Assembly: GCA_964429815.1 (NCBI GenBank)
Contig: CAYSCM010000001.1
Location: 64,001 to 128,000, forward strand
Direction: 5' to 3'
DNA length: 64,000 nt
Origin: an uncultured Candidatus Saccharibacteria bacterium
GTDB lineage: Bacteria; Patescibacteriota; Minisyncoccia; Phycocordibacterales; CAYSCM01
The notes under the pieces are model-generated. The model had not been told where the DNA came from, ran no database searches, and was given only the letters and a program-made list of their open reading frames with translations. Positions 58,000 to 64,000 of the stretch are shown here, piece after piece (the stretch's first letter is position 1; each line of letters starts with the position of its first letter). The position numbers and the translations under genes were made by a program.

Positions 58000-60900
58000 T
58001 CAAAGTTTCGCTATCGCGATGTACACCGCTCCTGCGTCGAGTTCCACCGTATCTCCTGCGATGTCGGGCTCGAAGCGCACGTCCATGGCCCCGGTCTCGA
58101 GCTTAAGCTGGGAGAGGTACTCTTCGACGAGGTTTCGTCCGGGGGAATCCGCCCGCACGTTGATGAGGATGCGATCATTGGGTTTGAGGGCGAGTTCCTT
58201 GCGGGAATCCTGGATGGCGCGTACAAGTTCGCGAAAATCGCCTTCCCGCATAAGTTCCTTCGTGAGCGTGGTGTCGAGAGAAACGGGTTCCAAAAGCTTC
58301 TGGTCAACGAGGAATTTTTTGACATTAAGTTCTTCCTCAATAATGGAAAAAAACTCTGCGGGAATACGTTCCCGAGCGGTGAGTGAGGAGAGCGGTTGAC
58401 GCACCCGAATACCCACTTTCGCACGAGCCTCGAGACCGGCAGTCACGACGTCGCGAACCTCCTTCATCTGAGCAAGGAGCGTGAAATCGACATCGCCTGC
58501 CTTTGGCCATTCGAGAAGATGAACACTCTCCCCCTGCGCACCTACCGCAAGATGAATCTCTTCCGCAATGAAAGGCATGAGCGGGGCGACGAGCTTTGCG
58601 ACGATCGAGAGCGCCTCGCGTTGTCCTGCAAGCGCAAAGCGCTTGTCCGCCGCGTCAGTGCCTTTCACGCGCTCCCGAGAGCGGCGCAGGTACCACGTCG
58701 AATAGTCCTCGATAAACGCTCGTAGACTCCGACAGGCGCGCGGCGTATCGTAGCGCTCAAACGCGTCTGCCACTTCAGCCGTCGTCTCGTCGAGGCGCGC
58801 AAACATCCAGCGGTCGAGAATGTTGCGGCTTTGCCGAGCGTTCGTGGTGCGGTCGTCCTCTTTCCCGTACAGCTCGTAGAACTTGAGACAGTTCCGTAGC
58901 ATACCAACGACGCGATTATGGATGTCGCGCACGTCCTCGTCGCGGAATTGAATGTCTTCCGATTGCATGACGACGGAGCCCATGAGGTAGAAACGATACG
59001 CGTCAGCGCCGTAGCGATCGAGGAGCGTGAGCGGATCGGTGTAGTTGCCTTTCGACTTGCTCATTTTGTTGCCGTCCGCGGCCAGGATGTTCCCCGTCGA
59101 GACGACGTTTTTGAAGGAGGTACGCCCAAAGAGCGCGACCGCGACCGCGTGCATGTAGTAAAACCACGTGCGTGTCTGCGCGATGTACTCGGCGATAAAA
59201 TCGGCTGGGTAGCCACGGCGTCGACGCAAGAATCCGCTGCGTGGCTCGAAATGCGGGAGAGCGGAGCCGAGGTAGTGACTCTGGGCGAACGGCATCGAGC
59301 CGCTTTCGACCCAGCAGTCTATGACCTCGGGAATGCGCTCATACTCGCGTCCTTCCGCGTCGAGGAGCGTTAGGGTGTCGGTGTAGGGCCTGTGGAGGTC
59401 TATTTCGAACGCCTCATCGTGCGGCAGCGGCTTGAACGCAAAGACCTTAAACTCCGCGTTGTCGAGCCAGACGGCATCAAAACGGCCGACCTCGGAAGCG
59501 GTACGCGGTATAGAATTGCCGTGCACGAGCGCGTGAAGCTCTCGCAACGGCGATTCGTGCGAGACGATAAGGATGTTCTTCTTCGCGTAGCGTTGGTCGA
59601 CGTCGTAGATGAAGCGCCCTACCCGTACTCGTACATCGGTATAGTTTTCGCCGCCATCCGGCCGCTTCACGTACGCGACAGAAAATTCCCCGTAGAATTG
59701 GTGGTACGCCGAGACAGGTTTGCCGTCAAAAGTGCCTACGTTCACTTCGCTAAGGCGCTCATCGTAGATGATGTCGTTGGGAGAAATTCCCCACTGCTTC
59801 GCAAGAAGCTCCGCACTCTCTCGCGCACGCACGACGGGAGAAGCGAAGATGACGTCGGGCTTGTCGATGCGCGTACCTGCCTCACGGACCTGGAGCTCGC
59901 CGAGTTTCGTAAGATGATTATCCGCATCGGGGCGCGAGCTCACGAATCCCTCTTCGTTGCTCTTAGCCTGCCCATGGCGCATGATCGTGTAGCGATTCCC
60001 CGAGCCCTTTGCTCTTTCGCGAAGCTCGGCAAGAGAACCGATGACCAGTACGCGGGAACCCCCTTTCTCTTTCCAAATAGGAAGCGGCGATGCCCAGTAG
60101 CGATTGCGCGAGATGGTCCAATCGGGCGCGCTCTCGAGGATGTTCTTGAAGCGGCCGCGCTTCAGGTGCTCGGGAACCCAGGTTATCGTTTCGTTTTCGG
60201 AGAGCATCCTCTTCTTTATCTTTTGGATATTGATGAACCATGACGACACGGCGTTGTAGATGAGCGGCGTTCCGCAGCGGTAGCAGTGCGGGTAGGAGTG
60301 CGTATGCTGCTCCCGCGCGAAGAGGAGGCCACGTTTGTCGAGATCCGCCTTGATGTCTCCCTCGGCCTCCTTTATATAGCGCCCGTGGAGAAATTCCGGC
60401 ACGAGCTCGTTGTAGGCCGCCGATGGCGAGAGAAGCTGTATCATCGGGAGCCCCTCTTTCTGCCCTAGCGCAAAGTCATCCTCGCCGTACATGACGGCAG
60501 TATGGACGATCCCGGTCCCCTCCTTGGTCGAGACAAAATCAGCCGCGAGCACTTCGTGATGCTTCCCTGGGTGAGAGACGACCGGTGCCACCGCGTAGAG
60601 CGGCTCGTAGGTTATGCCGACGAGCTCGCTGCCTTTAAAGTCGCGCTCGGTGGAGTACGTCCGGCCGAGCGGAGCGAATGTTTTGTCGACGAGGTTTTTC
60701 GCGATGAGGTAGTGGGATCCTCCCGTCTCGGTAAAATTGAGTCCCTCCATCTCTTTCTTGCCTCGGTAGACCAGGCTGTAGTCGATGTCGGGCCCGACCG
60801 CAAGCGCGACGTTCCCCGGAAGCGTCCAGGGCGTCGTCGTCCACGCGAGGAGGTAGGTGTTCTCCGGAAGATTGTACGCGGTCGCGTTTGTTATTCTAAA

Positions 60901-61545
60901 GCGTACCGTTACCGCCTCCTCCGTGATGTCCTTGTAGGTGTGGTCCATCGCGATCTCAGCCTTAGCGAGCGGTGTTTCGCAGTGCGGACAGTACATGAGG
61001 ACACGCTTACCTTCGTAGAGAAGGCCTTTCCCGTTCATTTCCGAGAGCGCCCACCAAACGCTCTCGATGTAGTCGTTGTCCATCGTCTTGTAGGCGTCCT
61101 TGAACTCGACCCAGCGTCCGATGCGGTCCACGTAGCGCTCCCAATCGCTCGCGAACTGGAGCACGGAGGCACGCGCTTCGGCATTAAACTTAGCGACCCC
61201 TATTCTTTCAATGTCTTTCTTCGTTTTGAGGCCGAGCTTCTGCTCGATGAGCGTCTCGATAGGCAGCCCGTGGCAATCCCACCCCCACTGTCGAAGTACG
61301 CGGTAGCCGCGCATGGTCTTGTAGCGCGGGAATACATCTTTGACGACCGACGAGAGGAGGGATCCGTGGTGCGGAAGCCCGGTGGCGAACGGAGGGCCGT
61401 CATAGAAAATAAATTCCCCGCGGGGGGCGTCTTTTCCTTCGGATTTCTTGAAAATGCCGCGCTCTTTCCAGTATGCCAACACCTTCTCTTCCCGCGCCGC
61501 AGTATCGCTCTTTGCGGATTCGTGAGCCTTCATTGAGAGCTTCAT
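58000..61545 (-). CDS. ileS: isoleucine--tRNA ligase with an inserted histidine-phosphatase (PGAM/SixA-like) domain
   Basis: Start MKLSMKA (the ORF-track start at 61608 lies inside a terminator hairpin). HIGH motif (GLPHHGS), CP1 editing domain, WTISRNRYWASPLPIW, then a ~190-aa insert containing RHG (IMRHGQAKSN), RARESAELL, YDERLSE and SHES (ILIVSHESPLR), then KMSKSKGN, the anticodon-binding domain and C-terminal extension. Total ~1181 aa. Confidence 0.9.
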   Translation of the reverse strand: MKLSMKAHESAKSDTAAREEKVLAYWKERGIFKKSEGKDAPRGEFIFYDGPPFATGLPHHGSLLSSVVKDVFPRYKTMRGYRVLRQWGWDCHGLPIETLIEQKLGLKTKKDIERIGVAKFNAEARASVLQFASDWERYVDRIGRWVEFKDAYKTMDNDYIESVWWALSEMNGKGLLYEGKRVLMYCPHCETPLAKAEIAMDHTYKDITEEAVTVRFRITNATAYNLPENTYLLAWTTTPWTLPGNVALAVGPDIDYSLVYRGKKEMEGLNFTETGGSHYLIAKNLVDKTFAPLGRTYSTERDFKGSELVGITYEPLYAVAPVVSHPGKHHEVLAADFVSTKEGTGIVHTAVMYGEDDFALGQKEGLPMIQLLSPSAAYNELVPEFLHGRYIKEAEGDIKADLDKRGLLFAREQHTHSYPHCYRCGTPLIYNAVSSWFINIQKIKKRMLSENETITWVPEHLKRGRFKNILESAPDWTISRNRYWASPLPIWKEKGGSRVLVIGSLAELRERAKGSGNRYTIMRHGQAKSNEEGFVSSRPDADNHLTKLGELQVREAGTRIDKPDVIFASPVVRARESAELLAKQWGISPNDIIYDERLSEVNVGTFDGKPVSAYHQFYGEFSVAYVKRPDGGENYTDVRVRVGRFIYDVDQRYAKKNILIVSHESPLRELHALVHGNSIPRTASEVGRFDAVWLDNAEFKVFAFKPLPHDEAFEIDLHRPYTDTLTLLDAEGREYERIPEVIDCWVESGSMPFAQSHYLGSALPHFEPRSGFLRRRRGYPADFIAEYIAQTRTWFYYMHAVAVALFGRTSFKNVVSTGNILAADGNKMSKSKGNYTDPLTLLDRYGADAYRFYLMGSVVMQSEDIQFRDEDVRDIHNRVVGMLRNCLKFYELYGKEDDRTTNARQSRNILDRWMFARLDETTAEVADAFERYDTPRACRSLRAFIEDYSTWYLRRSRERVKGTDAADKRFALAGQREALSIVAKLVAPLMPFIAEEIHLAVGAQGESVHLLEWPKAGDVDFTLLAQMKEVRDVVTAGLEARAKVGIRVRQPLSSLTARERIPAEFFSIIEEELNVKKFLVDQKLLEPVSLDTTLTKELMREGDFRELVRAIQDSRKELALKPNDRILINVRADSPGRNLVEEYLSQLKLETGAMDVRFEPDIAGDTVELDAGAVYIAIAKL

Positions 61546-61552
61546 TCTAGCC

Positions 61553-61585
61553 GCAATACGTGAAAGAAAAAAGCCGCCCCAGGGG
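61553..61585 (-). terminator. intrinsic terminator/attenuator (GCCGCCGCACCCCUGGGGCGGC + U6) 8-30 nt upstream of the ileS start codon
   Basis: 9-bp GC stem plus U-tract on the minus strand, directly after the small upstream ORF. Confidence 0.6.
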
Positions 61586-61629
61586 TGCGGCGGCTTGCGG
61601 GCCGACACTAGGGTGCCGGCCCGGGGACT

Positions 61630-61896
61630 CTAGGCAGATTCGGTGTAGGGGAGGCGAAGATCGAGATGGCCGTGATCGATGCAGCCCTGCCAACGAGCAA
61701 GCGCCGAGAAGCGCTCGCGAGTTTCGCGGTCCGCGTCATCAATGCCGGAGACCGGTATGGTACGCGCAACGCGCCTACCACAGGGAGTCGAAAGAACTTG
61801 TTTGCGCAGGATGCGGCTGGGGTTCAGTACGGCACGCAGCATGCGCTCGAGGTCGGCCGGGCTTTTAGCGTCGTTTTGGTAAAAAGACTCGGTCAT
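61630..61896 (-). CDS. small hypothetical protein (88 aa)
   Basis: ORF between argS and ileS on the same strand, followed by a terminator. Start taken at MTESFYQND. Confidence 0.4.
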   Translation of the reverse strand: MTESFYQNDAKSPADLERMLRAVLNPSRILRKQVLSTPCGRRVARTIPVSGIDDADRETRERFSALARWQGCIDHGHLDLRLPYTESA

Positions 61897-62023
61897 GGGA
61901 ACCTCATATCGCAAGCTACTGTTCGCCCCAGGCTATCAGAAACGCCATGAACCGTTCGTGAACCGTCTCACGAATAAAGACCCTACGTGCAGCAAGGTTT
62001 CAACGTGACAGCAATGAACACCG

Positions 62024-63694
62024 CTACATTTTTTCAGGTGCGACGATGCCGAGGAGCCAGAGCCCATTTTTCATCGTCTGGGCGAAGGCCCCCGTGAGTG
62101 AGAGCTTGTACGCTGCGTAGTCCTTATCGTCAACGATGCGCTCAGCTGCGTAGAAACTATTGAAAGCTCCCGCAATTTGCGTGAGGTAGGTCGTAAGATA
62201 GTGCGGCTCATACTCCGCTGTAGCGCGCGCGACGACTTCCGGGAATCTATAGAGGAGCCGTTCGAGCTCGTAGGACTTGGCGGGAGGATTCTCACTATCA
62301 GCTTCCACCCCCATCTCGTGCGCCTTCGCGATGACCGAAGCCGCCCGAGTATGCGCATATTGAATGTATGGCCCCGAGTCTCCCTCGAGCGACACGGACT
62401 TCTCCGGGTCGAACACGATATCCTTCCCTGTTCCCTGCCGCAGGATGGAGTACTTGATCGCCGCAACGGCGACATCGGCCGAAAGGGTCCCTTCCATCGA
62501 GCGGGTTTCCTTCATGCGCTCCCGCACAAGGACCTCCACATCCTCGATGAGCGATTCGCCGCTCACGATGTTGCCTTTGCGCGAGGACATCTTGCCGGAG
62601 GAGAAACGCATCATGCCGTGCGCGATGTGCCGGATTTTGTCGGCGATATCGGGAAAAATCTTGCGCATTGCGGCGATGACAACCTTGAAGTATTCCGCTT
62701 GTTCGGAGGCGGTGACGGTGATTGAGATATCTGAAGACCACGTTTTTTCCTTAAGTTTGGCGAGGCCGAGCTCTTTCGCTTCGTACGTCGGAAAGCCATC
62801 CCTGGTGAGAAATACGCGCGTGTGGAGGGCGTGGCGCTCCCCGCGAAATACCGTCGCTCCGTCGCTTTTTTCAAAGACATCCGGCCGGCTCTCCACAATC
62901 GTCCTGCCGACCGAGCCCGTCTCGCTCTCAAAAAAGAAATAGTCGAACCGTGTACCGAGTTTACGGTAAATTTCGTCGAAATGATCCAGGGATGTTTTTT
63001 TTCCTGCCTCGTAGAGCGCGCTTATTTTTGCATCACTCTTTTCGTAGATTTTACGATTTATAGCGACGATTTCCTCCCTGGCCCCCGCATCACGTTCGTA
63101 AGCTTCTGAACCCGCCACATAAGCTTTGCCTAGGTCTTCTATGCTCGAAGCGTCGAGGTCATGCTTTTGTAATGCCCAGATCGCCTTCGCCACATGCGGC
63201 CCCACATCGCCCTGGTAGTTGGCGCGATTTATCGTCGCACCGGAGAATTCGATGATGCGAGAAAGCGATTCCCCGATCGCGTTGCTCATGAGATGCCCGA
63301 TATGAAAAACCTTGAAGGGGTTAGGCTGCGTGTACTCCACCATCACCCGCTTGTCCTTAAGGGCTTCGCTGCGTCCGAAGCGCTCGCCCTCATCGGCAAT
63401 AAGCCCGATTGATTCTGCAAAAAAAGTTCGCGACAAATGGACGTTTATGAAGCCTGGCCCCGCACTGTCGATACTCTCTATAAAGGGATGATTCTGTTTC
63501 GCGAGATTTCCTCGAAGCACCTGGGCCACCTCGTGCGGCGCCTGTCCGGTCGTCTTCCCGAGCACGAGGGCAATGTTGCTCGCAAAATCCCCATGAGAGA
63601 GGTCGCTTGGATGCTCGAGCGTAAAAGAAATAGCCGGAAATTTCGCGCTTGTGCGCGCCTCCTCGAAAGCTTGTATGAGCTTTTCTCTGACCAT
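62024..63694 (-). CDS. argS: arginine--tRNA ligase
   Basis: 556 aa. N-terminal Arg_tRNA_synt_N, HIGH motif FHIGHLMSNAIG, C-terminal DALR anticodon-binding domain. Confidence 0.95.
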   Translation of the reverse strand: MVREKLIQAFEEARTSAKFPAISFTLEHPSDLSHGDFASNIALVLGKTTGQAPHEVAQVLRGNLAKQNHPFIESIDSAGPGFINVHLSRTFFAESIGLIADEGERFGRSEALKDKRVMVEYTQPNPFKVFHIGHLMSNAIGESLSRIIEFSGATINRANYQGDVGPHVAKAIWALQKHDLDASSIEDLGKAYVAGSEAYERDAGAREEIVAINRKIYEKSDAKISALYEAGKKTSLDHFDEIYRKLGTRFDYFFFESETGSVGRTIVESRPDVFEKSDGATVFRGERHALHTRVFLTRDGFPTYEAKELGLAKLKEKTWSSDISITVTASEQAEYFKVVIAAMRKIFPDIADKIRHIAHGMMRFSSGKMSSRKGNIVSGESLIEDVEVLVRERMKETRSMEGTLSADVAVAAIKYSILRQGTGKDIVFDPEKSVSLEGDSGPYIQYAHTRAASVIAKAHEMGVEADSENPPAKSYELERLLYRFPEVVARATAEYEPHYLTTYLTQIAGAFNSFYAAERIVDDKDYAAYKLSLTGAFAQTMKNGLWLLGIVAPEKM

Positions 63695-63703
63695 GCTGCT
63701 ACG

Positions 63704-64000
63704 TTAGCGCACTTCAGCAACGAGCGGAACGGGTGCGCTTGCGGCGACAACCGTGAATGTGCGCCTACCGATGAGTGCTCCGCTTGTCGTTTCGACTGAG
63801 CAACGCCACTTTCCGGGCGTGAGTGACTCTGCAAAGCTGTAGCCACGGAATCCCCGCGTCCGCCCGCCGGAGAGCGGGAAAGAGACGCGTGCCCGCGTCT
63901 GCCACACTTCTTTCGCTTCATCATAGTGCTCAAGGCGGTGGAACACGTTGGTCGAGAGCCCCGAGGGCGCGTAGACGGAGCTGAAACAGTACGCCCGCTC
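63704..64000 (-). CDS. hypothetical protein, C-terminal part only. The gene continues beyond the window end. Possible DUF2914-like beta domain.
   Basis: The open frame runs to the window edge with no upstream stop. The ORF-track start is only the first GTG. ...GKWRCSVETTSGALIGRRTFTVV resembles the DUF2914 C-terminus. Confidence 0.4.
   Translation of the reverse strand, partial: ERAYCFSSVYAPSGLSTNVFHRLEHYDEAKEVWQTRARVSFPLSGGRTRGFRGYSFAESLTPGKWRCSVETTSGALIGRRTFTVVAASAPVPLVAEVR

Overview
This 64-kb window is dominated by minus-strand genes and looks like a streamlined bacterial genome, possibly Candidate Phyla Radiation/Patescibacteria. That lineage guess is inference from several features: no rplI after rpsR, rplJ-rplL without rplK-rplA upstream, rRNA genes with intervening sequences, unlinked 16S and 23S, and many small membrane or surface proteins. 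The main contents are:
- (1) A large cell-surface glycan biosynthesis locus (bases 1-9689, continuing at 23287-26762). It holds two tandem GDP-mannose 4,6-dehydratase paralogs, an AsnB-type amidotransferase, six GT4 glycosyltransferases, three SDR epimerase/dehydratases and a WbaP-like priming phosphotransferase. secDF is embedded in it.
- (2) An operon with a putative DUF4015-like glycoside hydrolase, a DUF1150-like small protein, a TraD/VirD4-like coupling ATPase with a long disordered tail, and a lamin-tail-domain surface protein.
- (3) An unusual rRNA arrangement, reading along the minus strand: 23S (with a helix-45 intervening sequence), one canonical 5S plus truncated and divergent 5S copies, about 9 kb of protein-coding genes, then 16S, tRNA-Ile(GAT) and tRNA-Leu(CAG). 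A roughly 1.6-kb insert carrying four small membrane-protein ORFs separates the 16S body from its anti-Shine-Dalgarno tail.
- (4) Cell-envelope genes: a RodA/FtsW SEDS protein, a DUF1360 protein, a class-A beta-lactamase-like hydrolase, a TPR protein and a 1.2k-aa surface protein with a peptidoglycan-binding domain.
- (5) Housekeeping genes: ftsK, recA, an ECF sigma factor, efp, rpsF-ssb-rpsR, tatD, metG, an AI-2E transporter, glyQS, recO, ileS and argS.
The most striking single feature is an isoleucyl-tRNA synthetase carrying an apparently complete histidine-phosphatase (PGAM/SixA-like) domain inserted between the WxISRxRYW motif and the KMSKS loop.
No CRISPR arrays, transposases or integrases were seen. 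Coordinates of RNA genes and terminators are read by eye and may be off by 1-3 nt. Internal CDS start choices are offset in whole codons from the supplied ORF track.
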